From positions 86,408-150,407 of the forward strand of contig DAHVQG010000007.1 in the NCBI GenBank assembly GCA_027317865.1: DNA of 64,000 nt. The letters are read 5' to 3'. The notes under the pieces are model-generated. The model saw only the letters and a list, made by a program, of their open reading frames with translations. It was not told the origin of the DNA and did no database searches. Within the stretch, counting starts at the first letter, position 1. Each line of letters opens with the position of its first letter. Of the stretch, positions 1 through 9,000 are shown in pieces. The position numbers and the translations under genes are program-made. Source of the stretch: Bdellovibrionales bacterium. Its GTDB lineage: Bacteria; Bdellovibrionota; Bdellovibrionia; Bdellovibrionales; UBA1609.

Positions 1-115
1 CTCACGAATTTGTTATTCCCGCGGATTAGCGTGTTTCTGCGTTCTGTACTAGACAAACAAATAGATTTTAGGTTGTTTAGAAAATCTTCAGGTATACCGA
101 AAATATCAGGTCTCT

Positions 116-2974
116 ATGACCAAACAAATTGAATTTAATCCTACTCCAGAGCAAAAAGCGGCAATTGACCACTTTGAGGGTCCTGCTGTCGTATTTGCTG
201 GACCGGGTTCGGGTAAAACTGAAGTTATTGTTAGACGTGTAGTGGCGCTGGTTACCACACGAGGCGTCAAGGCCGATCAGATATTTTTGACGACATTTAC
301 AAACAAAGCGGCTGATGAGCTTCGAGTTCGGTTGGCGCAAGTTTTACGTGAAACATTGCCCGAGGCCGAAGCCGACAGAATTGCGTCGAAAGTCAACGTC
401 GGGACCATACATTCAATGTGTTACCGAGTGTTGCGCGAATTTGGATTCAAATACGAGGCCACAGCAAAACCAGTTATGCCCGCCACAGAAGATGATCAAA
501 TTTTATTTCTGAATCGCTTTTACAATGAGTTTGGACTTAAAAAATTTTACGAGGACACCAAAGAATTTTGGAAGAACGAGGGATTCAAAGACCCTTTCAG
601 TAATTTTATTACCGGGTTAACTACAGCTTTAAATACGATTTCTGAAGAGTGCGACGACCCGGAAACAGTTCTACCGCAACTCGTGTCCGCTTCAAAAGAC
701 GAAGTGATGCGCGGTTGTTTTGAAGTTTACCTCAAATACCGCGCAAAGATGAAGAGTCTCAATCGCGTTGACCAAAGTATGGTTTTAAATCACGTCGGGG
801 CAATATTGCGTGAACACTCGGAGACTGCGAGGCACGTGCGTGAGACTTGGCCTTTCATTCTTGTGGATGAATACCAAGATACAAGTCCGTTGCAAGATAA
901 GATATTCGGTCTAATCTACTGTCCTGGGTCCAACATTATGGCCGTCGGTGACGACGATCAATCCATTTATCGATTCCGAAACGCGGAGCCAAAATTATTT
1001 TTGACATTCACAGAACGATTTGGGGTGAGAGCAGACCACCGATATGTCCTTGCCGAGAATAGGCGAGCTACCCCAAGTCTCGTCGATTTTTCGAAAAAAT
1101 TCATTGAAAAAAACAAAAACAGAAAATCGAAAGATTTGCGCGCAGCTAAAGATAATCCATCGGGCAATTCTCCAATTTATTTTCAGTCTAACGATAAGGG
1201 GCAGGCAGGTCTGGCTGTCAGTTGGATAAAGGAACTTAGGTCTTCTGGCAAAATCCCAAATTTTCGAAATGCCGCGATAATTACATTTTCAGTAGGTCAT
1301 TTTGCATACGACGTGCAGTCTCATTGCCACTCGCTGGGAATTCCATACCGTATCGAATCGGATAAAGCGTTTTTGAAACATCCAACGCTCAAAGGTTTTA
1401 TTGATTTATTGGACGCCGCTCAATCAACCGAGCCACCGACGCCGGGCAAGTTGAATTCAAGAAGCAAGCTTAGAAAAGCTTATGATGCCTTCGGAAAAAC
1501 TGGATGTTCTAAGGATGAAATTGTTCGTGATCTTTCATACTGGCAACATCGGCTTGCTCATGCAGAAAGAAGCGATAATCTTTTAAAACTCTTTTACGCG
1601 TTCATTGATCGATATAAATTAATCGGTCGCGAAACGGTATCCGAAACCATGAAAGCACTCGGACAGTTTAGCGTCTTGGTTGCAAAATTCGAAGAGGGGC
1701 GCCGATCAACGGCGTTTCAGCCACCGACCACTATGCTGGATGGAGCCGATGCAGTTGAAGAGCCGTTATCACCATCAGATCAAAAGGCTCTTGAAAATGT
1801 AAAAGAAACTTTTCCGCCGGATTGGCTCAGTCGTCGTGCGAACAGATTTATTCGTTACCTTAGTATGCTGAATCTTTCCAATGAGCCAGAGGAGCTTGAA
1901 GATTATTTGCTCGTAACTACTATTCATAAAGCCAAGGGGTTAGAATTTGATGCCGTCGCTATACTGGGTGTTGATTCTTGGTGCTTTCCGGGCGATCCTT
2001 CTCCGGGCCTTCGCGACAAAGTACGGTTCGAACTTAATGGTCACTCTTACAAGAACTCTGATGTAATTGAAGAAAAGCGTCGACTTTTATACGTCGCGAT
2101 GACGCGAGCGCGGCGATCACTTCTGCTTACGGCAGGCGAGAAACAAACGTCTCCATTCATAGCCGAGGCGGATTTAGAATCACTTGGTTCAGAACAAATT
2201 TTAGAAAATCTACCACATATTTATGCGCCAAAGCAAAAGCGAGAGCTAGAAATACTAAGACTAAGTCACGGTCAGGTAACAAGCTACCTTGAGTGCCCAA
2301 AGCGGTACTTGCTTGAACATCATTATGACTTTCAAGGTCTCGCAACGCCGGCATTGCGCTTAGGTCATGCTTTGCACCGGGCAATTGAAAATGCGCACCG
2401 GTGGCAAATGGAACAGAATCAACCATTAGATGAAACACTTCTGAAGACCATCTTCGCTCAAACTTGGCCGCTGCCAAAGAAAACGAAAGACGACTTTCTT
2501 CAGTATTCAGATTATGAAAAAACTTTTTTAAACTACTTTACGCATAACAACAAGCTGCAAAGGCAGGTTGTAACAGTAGAGAGCGATCTTGCCGTTGTCA
2601 GGTCATCAAATATTCTGACGGGCAAAATAGATGTGCTTCAATCGCAGAAAGAGAAACCAATTATTGTTGAAATTAAGCTTAATTATAACCGACAGAATCT
2701 TGAACATGCAAAACAACAACTCAATCATTATGCCTTAGCCTTTCCGGACCAAGAAGTTGATTTGAAAGCTCAATTTCTTCGGGGGCGAAAGTTTGAAGAA
2801 GAAATTGAACGCCGGGATAAAAACGAAGTCAAAGAACAGGTGGCCGAGGTATTTGGGCGAGTGCGGGAACAAAACTTTAAACCAAATCCAAAAAAAGATA
2901 AGTGTTCAAACTGTCGGATGAACAAAATATGTTGCGAGGGCCGTGAGTTGTTGCGGCCGGCAAGGGCTGCTTAG
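116..2974 (+). CDS. UvrD/PcrA-type SF1 helicase fused to a C-terminal Cas4/AddB-like PD-(D/E)xK nuclease with a 4-Cys (Fe-S) signature
   Basis: Helicase motifs: PEQKAAI (Q), FAGPGSGKT (I), TFTNKAADEL (Ia), LVDEYQDTSP (II), VGDDDQSIYRFRNA (III), ENRRATPS (IV), TIHKAKGLEFD (V), LLYVAMTRAR (VI). C-terminal nuclease motifs: SYLECPKRY, GKIDVL...IVEIK (D...ExK), QLNHY, and terminal CSNCRMNKICC. Confidence 0.85.
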   Translation: MTKQIEFNPTPEQKAAIDHFEGPAVVFAGPGSGKTEVIVRRVVALVTTRGVKADQIFLTTFTNKAADELRVRLAQVLRETLPEAEADRIASKVNVGTIHSMCYRVLREFGFKYEATAKPVMPATEDDQILFLNRFYNEFGLKKFYEDTKEFWKNEGFKDPFSNFITGLTTALNTISEECDDPETVLPQLVSASKDEVMRGCFEVYLKYRAKMKSLNRVDQSMVLNHVGAILREHSETARHVRETWPFILVDEYQDTSPLQDKIFGLIYCPGSNIMAVGDDDQSIYRFRNAEPKLFLTFTERFGVRADHRYVLAENRRATPSLVDFSKKFIEKNKNRKSKDLRAAKDNPSGNSPIYFQSNDKGQAGLAVSWIKELRSSGKIPNFRNAAIITFSVGHFAYDVQSHCHSLGIPYRIESDKAFLKHPTLKGFIDLLDAAQSTEPPTPGKLNSRSKLRKAYDAFGKTGCSKDEIVRDLSYWQHRLAHAERSDNLLKLFYAFIDRYKLIGRETVSETMKALGQFSVLVAKFEEGRRSTAFQPPTTMLDGADAVEEPLSPSDQKALENVKETFPPDWLSRRANRFIRYLSMLNLSNEPEELEDYLLVTTIHKAKGLEFDAVAILGVDSWCFPGDPSPGLRDKVRFELNGHSYKNSDVIEEKRRLLYVAMTRARRSLLLTAGEKQTSPFIAEADLESLGSEQILENLPHIYAPKQKRELEILRLSHGQVTSYLECPKRYLLEHHYDFQGLATPALRLGHALHRAIENAHRWQMEQNQPLDETLLKTIFAQTWPLPKKTKDDFLQYSDYEKTFLNYFTHNNKLQRQVVTVESDLAVVRSSNILTGKIDVLQSQKEKPIIVEIKLNYNRQNLEHAKQQLNHYALAFPDQEVDLKAQFLRGRKFEEEIERRDKNEVKEQVAEVFGRVREQNFKPNPKKDKCSNCRMNKICCEGRELLRPARAA

Positions 2975-3000
2975 ATCAATTCGCACAAAGAGGGTTCCAA

Positions 3001-3999
3001 GTGGCTTTCAGACAGATTGATGAACCGCTACGAGACGACGAAAAATCCCGCTTTGTAAGACTAGATGGGATCACTCCACAACGAGCCCCCAAGGACGAGC
3101 TTAAAGGATTAGATTTTGACACAATGTTATTCGTTGGTTCTGGAGCAATTGACGGCGGATGGCAACCAATCAGGCAACTTTGTACCGAAATAATTGACGG
3201 TAGATTTCTGGGGCTCGTCGATTATGGGACTAATAATTGCTACTTCTAAAATGAACCTTATGACCACTTTCTAACCTCGATTGCGTTCATGGAAACTTCG
3301 CTCAGGTCACGCTTCGCGCGCGCACTTCGAGAATCTAATTTTTCTGAAAGTCAGTCGTTTAAGATGTATTCAAATGCTGTGTCTACAAGAGAGAAAATGG
3401 CTGAAATTTTTAGAGCCGAGAAATCACTCCAATTGCGCAGTCTGGACCAACTTGAGCACGGGATCGATCTAGATCGGACTATTGTTGTTACATCGAATTG
3501 GGACGACTGCGTTTGGTCCGATAAAAGATTTAAGCACTTAATCTACTTACATGGCCACTGCAAAATAAAAAACTCAATTGTTTTGCCTACTCAGTTTGTA
3601 ACAGATGAATACCCATTGAAATATTGGATTGACCTACAATATAAAAATAGCAGCTACGAAGCGCGAGTTGCTTTGGGCAACGTGAAATTGATTTCGGGCT
3701 GGCTTAAGGTTATACCGGATCTTCCTAGGGGCGATGAGCAAGATGTTCAACTTGAACTGAGTTACGCACACGATCTACTTCGCGAGGTGATCTCGTGCGG
3801 AAAACTAAAGCGTATGTTAATTTGGGGTTACGGTTTTAATTTGTATGATGCCGAAGTTAATCTTTTACTGACACTTGCGAGTCAAATGTACAATCCGAAA
3901 ATAGAAATTATAAATCCAGATCCCACGGTCTTGCTGAAGGCGGCGCAGGTGTTAGCAGTTCCAATAAACAACATCGGTTATCATCACCCATCAAAATAA
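3001..3999 (+). pseudogene. SIR2-like (SIR2_2 / DHS-like NAD-binding fold) protein, one reading frame interrupted by a single in-frame TAA at 3247-3249
   Basis: ORFs 3001-3249 and 3289-3999 are in the same frame, with 13 sense codons and no other stop between them. The N-terminal part has LFVGSGAIDGGW (GAG-type NAD loop). The C-terminal part has IVVTSNWDDCVW (TTNYD-like Asn motif), LIYLHGH (catalytic His motif) and IVLPTQFVTDEY. There is no SD before the 3289 ATG. The gene starts 26 nt after the helicase stop. Confidence 0.6.
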
Positions 4000-4044
4000 A
4001 ATGCCGAAGAGTATGGTTGGTGCGACGATTGATCAGAATGACGC

Positions 4045-4272
4045 TTATTCCGCCTCTAAATCCACCAGATTTTTGAGCGGAACTCCAATTGTATTAGCAA
4101 TTCGCGCTAACGTATAAATTTCTGGACTGGTGAGGCCATTTTCAATTTTACTCATTGTTCCACGTGAAAATTCACCTTCGAGATAGACCCTGTCCTGACT
4201 ATACCCTTGTTGCTTGCGAATTTTAGCGATATGAGCGCCGAGTTTTTTTAGAAATTGTTTCTTTTTCACCAT
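4045..4272 (-). CDS. XRE/Cro-CI family helix-turn-helix transcriptional regulator (likely the element's repressor)
   Basis: 75 aa with a typical HTH_3 pattern: LGAHIAKIRKQQGYSQDRVYLEGEFSRGTMSKIENG...EIYTLARIANTIGV. It is divergent from the replication module. Confidence 0.85.
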   Translation of the reverse strand: MVKKKQFLKKLGAHIAKIRKQQGYSQDRVYLEGEFSRGTMSKIENGLTSPEIYTLARIANTIGVPLKNLVDLEAE

Positions 4273-4305
4273 GTAACAATCGTGCCGGATAATAAATTGC
4301 CATCT

Positions 4306-4319
4306 CTTCCTATAGGAAG
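4306..4319. promoter_or_regulatory. Perfect 14-bp palindrome CTTCCTATAGGAAG in the divergent XRE/replication-module intergenic region (candidate operator)
   Basis: Read directly from the sequence. It lies 34 nt upstream of the XRE start codon, inside a 278-bp divergent intergenic region. Confidence 0.35.
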
Positions 4320-4550
4320 GTATTGTTTAAGCATTCATTGATTTTGCACAAGAATGGTAATTTGAAAGGTGGTCATCTATTAGAGACTTATTTGTACCAT
4401 CCGGCCTGAATAAACGGGCCTTGATCAGTTAAGACAATCTACGTTAAGCGGATGATCACCGGGGTCGCGGACTCGAAAAAAGCATGCAACATTCCCATGG
4501 GTTTGTGACCGAAATATGTAAGTTCAAATTAATTAGACCGAGGGAGGAGA

Positions 4551-5762
4551 ATGCCAAAAACACTAAAGCAAAAAATAAAAGCGCTAAAACTAAAGGACAC
4601 AAAAATATTAAGCGACGTCGAACACGCCGAGTTCATAAAAGACGTAAGAACTTCGGTAAGCCAAAGCGAGCCGCCGGATGATTCCTTTTGGAGTAATGAT
4701 GATTGGAATGTCGACGTTGAGGTTGGATTTCCTAAACGAATTATAACACTCGACATTGAAACTTTCGGGCGCATTGATCCTCGAACAGATGCTATGCCAA
4801 AGGTGGGAGTCATTGGTATAAAAGCATTTGAATTCGTGAATTCACGCAAGGGGTATATTGCTAAGGACTATCTATGCTATAACGATCAGGAAATCGGACA
4901 TGCAGAAAAAGTCCTTAAGCGCACGAAATGTCCGATCCTGGGTTATAACCTTTTTAACTTTGACTACCGAGTCTTAAACTCTTTTTTCAGTGTAAGCGAT
5001 TTAATTCCGAGAACTGTTGATTTGCTTTGGTATTTTGCATCGCGGGCGAAGAGTTGTCGGCGGGCTTTACAAGGCTATTCGTTAAATGCCATGTCGCAAT
5101 TAAATTTGAAAAAAAGGAAATTGACGAGTTCCGAAACCGTTCCTGAACTGTTGGCCCAGGGTAAGATCGGCCTAGTCAAGAAGCACAACGAACGTGATCT
5201 TGATCTCACGTTCTTGCTTTGGCACAAATACTTGGCCAGGAATTGGCTGATAATTTGCCCTCCGTTAATTTCGTATGATCGTTTGCCGTTATTAGAATCA
5301 GATGTCCCATTTCTTGTTGGTCAGCAACCGATGTTAACGGCGGAGCAATGGCCCGCATTTGTAAAAGCTCGCGCCACCGGAAATTTTTTTAAGAGCCGAA
5401 GCGATCGCGACAAGGGGGGCATAATTCTTGTTTGTGACCCGGAATTCGAAATGACGGGCGTGCATCGCGAATTCGGTGAAATCGGTAACATTGAATACAA
5501 AATGTACTACCTGTTCTGTGCGGTATGCGGTTGGAATGTCACTTTGCTGTCTTTAGCTGATCGTCGAGATTACCTACGGTCGAAAGTCTACCTTCCGTGT
5601 CCTCTATGCCATCCAGAGCTTAAATCAGTGTATGAAGAGGCGGGTTTAACGGTGGGACGCAGATACTCCAAAGGGCTGAAATGTCCAATTAGGGGAGGCG
5701 CGGCCGACAAAAAATATTTAATGCACTTAGTTCGAAGAAGCCTGCGTGAATTGACCACGTAA
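4551..5762 (+). CDS. RNase-H-like/DEDD 3'-5' exonuclease domain protein with a Cys-rich (Zn-ribbon-like) C-terminus
   Basis: Strong SD (gagggaggaga-ATG). Exo-like motifs: ITLDIETFG (ExoI), ILGYNLFNFDYRVL (ExoII), KKHNERDLDLT (ExoIII-like). C-terminal CAVCGW...CPLCHPE. Confidence 0.5.
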   Translation: MPKTLKQKIKALKLKDTKILSDVEHAEFIKDVRTSVSQSEPPDDSFWSNDDWNVDVEVGFPKRIITLDIETFGRIDPRTDAMPKVGVIGIKAFEFVNSRKGYIAKDYLCYNDQEIGHAEKVLKRTKCPILGYNLFNFDYRVLNSFFSVSDLIPRTVDLLWYFASRAKSCRRALQGYSLNAMSQLNLKKRKLTSSETVPELLAQGKIGLVKKHNERDLDLTFLLWHKYLARNWLIICPPLISYDRLPLLESDVPFLVGQQPMLTAEQWPAFVKARATGNFFKSRSDRDKGGIILVCDPEFEMTGVHREFGEIGNIEYKMYYLFCAVCGWNVTLLSLADRRDYLRSKVYLPCPLCHPELKSVYEEAGLTVGRRYSKGLKCPIRGGAADKKYLMHLVRRSLRELTT

Positions 5763-5921
5763 TGGCATCAATTTTGTTGCATTTCCTTTCAATAACATTG
5801 GTTGTTCAATTTTTTTTTAAATTCATTCCTGGCGTTGAAGCAACGGCCTAAAATGCATCGAGATGAGTGGACCAAAGTCGTAATCGATCCAGATTCATAT
5901 TTATTTTGACGATGATAATGT

Positions 5922-6869
5922 GTGGAACCGAACTACTTCATTTCAAATATTAAGCGTCTTGGAATTACTGAAGATGAGGCAAGATTTTTTGGCGATCTAA
6001 GGTTATTTTTGCAAAATGATTCAAAATTTATTTTGAGCGAAACGTTTGGGCTGTGTTCTAGAGCTCGTCAATGCATTGAGGGCTACCAGACCCATTGTGA
6101 CCGAAGCCCACTGTTTGCTTTCGATCCGGATTTATTCGGCTATGGTCAAAAAATGTTTTCTGAGGTTGTTCCAAAAAAAATGGGTCGAAAAAGAAAGCGG
6201 GACACAGAGCGCAGAGTCCCCCTAAAACACCGATACCCACTTATAGATGATGAATATGATTTTGTAGGGTTGTACTCTATTCCGAGTCCTACTAATTTCG
6301 GAAGCATTGACCTTTCACAATTTGACCTAGAAACGAAGCTCTTTCCCGATCTCATGCCGTACTGTTTCGATGTTTACGAGCCACTATTTGAAAGCACTAT
6401 TGCAATTTACAGAAAAAAGATACGTCTAGCCTCGGTAGTTTATTTTGGAAAAAATTTGGTAACGTTATGGCAAAGAGCTCAGGAAGGCGACATCGGGGCT
6501 GCCGCAGCTATTGCTCGGATTGAACGTCATGTTTTTAAATTTAATGACCTACCAGGCTCTCGCGTTTTCGCAAAATTGGCGAAAAAACCTATGCGGCCAG
6601 GAATGGCAAATAAATGGCAAATAAAGATTGATCAAGCACCGAGGCTTGGCGGAGCCTGGAAGCGGATATTGGTGATTGCCTATTGTTGGAATTCGCGATT
6701 CATTCACCTGAAGTTGAATGAGCTATTGGCAGTGCTTGTTGGCCTAGACGTTGCGGATAAGAATCTCAATTGCGATACTTTAAAGAGATTTCTATATAGG
6801 TATGGATTCAAAAAGTCGCCCCACCGCATCCCGCCAAGAGGGAAAAAGCGAGCAATCACGAGTAGTTAA
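5922..6869 (+). CDS. Hypothetical protein (orphan; basic KKMGRKRKRDTERR patch)
   Basis: Long ORF in the co-directional replication module. It has a GTG start and no motif I recognise. Confidence 0.4.
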   Translation: MEPNYFISNIKRLGITEDEARFFGDLRLFLQNDSKFILSETFGLCSRARQCIEGYQTHCDRSPLFAFDPDLFGYGQKMFSEVVPKKMGRKRKRDTERRVPLKHRYPLIDDEYDFVGLYSIPSPTNFGSIDLSQFDLETKLFPDLMPYCFDVYEPLFESTIAIYRKKIRLASVVYFGKNLVTLWQRAQEGDIGAAAAIARIERHVFKFNDLPGSRVFAKLAKKPMRPGMANKWQIKIDQAPRLGGAWKRILVIAYCWNSRFIHLKLNELLAVLVGLDVADKNLNCDTLKRFLYRYGFKKSPHRIPPRGKKRAITSS

Positions 6870-6926
6870 ATAAAATCCAATTTGTCATCCTTATTTCTTA
6901 TCAAAATTCTGCCATGGTTCTGCTTT

Positions 6927-8634
6927 ATGAATTCAAAAGACGCACAACTAATCGCAGTGGATTTTGAAACCGATGACGTTCAGTTTTTCAACAAGAAGAA
7001 TCGCAAGGAGCTAAGCTGGTCAGGACACCCGCGATTGGCCCAGGCAATGATTGTCAGTAATCGAGATGAAACGGCCTGCAACGCTACAGAAAATATAAAG
7101 GACCTTTCTGTGCCAGACGGTTCTGTGATTTTGTTTCATAACGCTGCGTTTGACATTCAGGTTGGAATAAATTCGGGAGTGTGGTGTGAACACAGTTTCA
7201 AAGTTTGATTTTCATTGTACGGCGACAATGGCGAAACTTTCTCATAATTTGCGGAGTGCCCGATTGAAGGATTTGGCGCTAGACCTGCTAGGTGAACAAA
7301 AAATCGTTCGCTACGAAGAAGCGAAAACGGGCTCGGCTGAAGGTTTTTTGAACTATGCAAAAAAGGATGCAGATTATACCTTTCGCCTTTTTCCGGTTCT
7401 GAAGCGAGAACTCGATGACAAAAATCTTTGGGAACTGTACGAATTTGTCGAAAAACCATTTTTGCTTATCAATTTGGAGTGCCAGAGAAACGGTATTCGT
7501 TACGATGTTGATGCAGCCCGCGATGAAATTTCATCTCTTGACGAGAAGATTGCGCTTACAAAGTTAAAGCTCAACGACCCGAAAATGAACTGGAACTCAC
7601 ATAAGCAACTTCAAAGAAAACTCTATGGGGAGCGCGGCATTCCACTTGCGTACCATAAGGGCAAGGTATCTACCGGTAAACGGGCGTTACAATCTCGGGC
7701 GCAAGATTCACTGGTACGAGCCGTGTTAGAGCTAAAAGAATGCGAAGCATTGAAGCGACAAATCTTAACCATTAAAAAATTTGTCGACCCAAATACCGGA
7801 AGAATTCACGGATATATAAATCCGCTTGGGGCTGATACGGGCCGAGTAACTTCGTCTTCCCCGAATCTTCAGAATATTAAAAAGGACTCAGTTTTGAGAA
7901 AAATGTTCGTAGCGAGCAAAGGCTATAGCTTGATAGCACTTGATTTCAGCCAGATTGAGCCCAGGGTGCTCGCTCACTTTTTAGGAAAACAAACACCATT
8001 TGCACGGCTATTCGACGTTGACGAAGATTTTTATGGCTTGCTCGCTTCTGAACTAAAACTCGAAATTCACAAACAAAGTGATGCTCGCGCCGTAGTTAAG
8101 CAAATTGTCTTGGCAACACTTTATGGTATGGGTCCAAAAACTTTAAGTGAAAATCTTAAAGTCACTCAACTAAATGCGTCCGAGATTCTGAACTTATTTT
8201 TCTCGAAGTTTCCAGAGATTGTTGAATTCAAAAATCAAATGATCGCAGAGGCTCGTGAAAAAGAATATGTAATTGGGCTTTTGAACCGTAGGCGCTACAT
8301 TAAGAGTTTAAACGACGTCGATAACAAGTTGAAATTTCGAGCCGAACGGCAAGTGTTGAATTCAATAGTACAAGGTTCTGCAGCTACTATTTTTAAATTC
8401 AAAGGATGCGAACTTCGACGGCAACTGCCATCGACCGTTCGATTTCTTCATCATGTCCACGACGAGTATATTTTAGAGGCACCAGAACAAGACGCGTCTG
8501 TTATGTATCGACTAGCAAAGCAAATTTTAGAAAGACCGCTACCATGGTTCTCAATTCCGTTGAAAGTCGATGGCGGAATAGGTCGATCATGGTTGGATGC
8601 AAAAAACGCAAACAAAAAGAAAGGGGGTGAATAA
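6927..8634 (+). pseudogene. Family A (Pol I-like) DNA polymerase with 3'-5' exonuclease domain, split by a +1 frame change between 7171 and 7205
   Basis: ORF 1 (frame 0, ATG at 6927) carries ExoI LIAVDFETDD and ExoII LFHNAAFD. ORF 2 (frame 1) carries ExoIII YAKKDADYTFRL, motif A LIALDFSQIEPRVLAHF, motif B RAVVKQIVLATLYGMG and motif C HHVHDEYILE. The exonuclease domain therefore spans the frame break. Confidence 0.8.
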
Positions 8635-8635
8635 A

Positions 8636-8917
8636 ATGAATGTATCAGAAGTCAGAGTGTTCCCGGTTCCGGGAAACTCAAAACTGAAGGCAAAGGCTGA
8701 TGTGACTTTTCTTTTAGAGAACGGCGCACGCTTAGCCGTAAAAGGTTTTAGAGTTCACGATGATGGAGAAAAGCCACCGTGGGTTGGAGTACCCACGGAG
8801 CGTGTAACTAGAAACGGGAAAACGGAATATTTCAATAATATTTGGATCGATGCGATTGGCCAATCACAAGTCTATCCGAAAATTATAGAAGAATACAACC
8901 GGTTGATAAAAAAATAG
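8636..8917 (+). CDS. spoVG: SpoVG-family nucleic-acid-binding protein homologue
   Basis: MNVSEVRVFPV...KLKAKADVTF...LAVKGFRVHDDG...PWVGVPTERVTRNGKTEYFNNIW resembles the SpoVG N-terminal fold pattern (MxVTDVR...KA.A.V...V.....V). The ATG at 8636 follows the SD aagggggtga. Confidence 0.65.
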   Translation: MNVSEVRVFPVPGNSKLKAKADVTFLLENGARLAVKGFRVHDDGEKPPWVGVPTERVTRNGKTEYFNNIWIDAIGQSQVYPKIIEEYNRLIKK

Positions 8918-8963
8918 CCGAATACTGTTTAAACATTCAGTTTCGGCGCATCCAAGTGGATGT

Positions 8964-9000
8964 GTTTTCACGGGGGCGCCGTTAGGCGCCCCCTGAAAAC
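8964..9000. other. Long GC-rich stem-loop (16-bp stem, one bulged C, GTTA loop) upstream of the Rep gene; candidate replication origin or structured element
   Basis: gttttcaCgggggcgcc-gtta-ggcgccccctgaaaac. No T-tract follows on either strand, so it is not a classical intrinsic terminator. Confidence 0.4.

Noticed and set aside
3250-3288. Possibility that TAA is reassigned (alternative genetic code), which would explain the in-frame stop in the SIR2-like gene
   Set aside because: Well-supported genes in the window (PolA, sppA, rpsA and others) terminate cleanly at TAA at the expected protein lengths. A global reassignment is therefore not supported.
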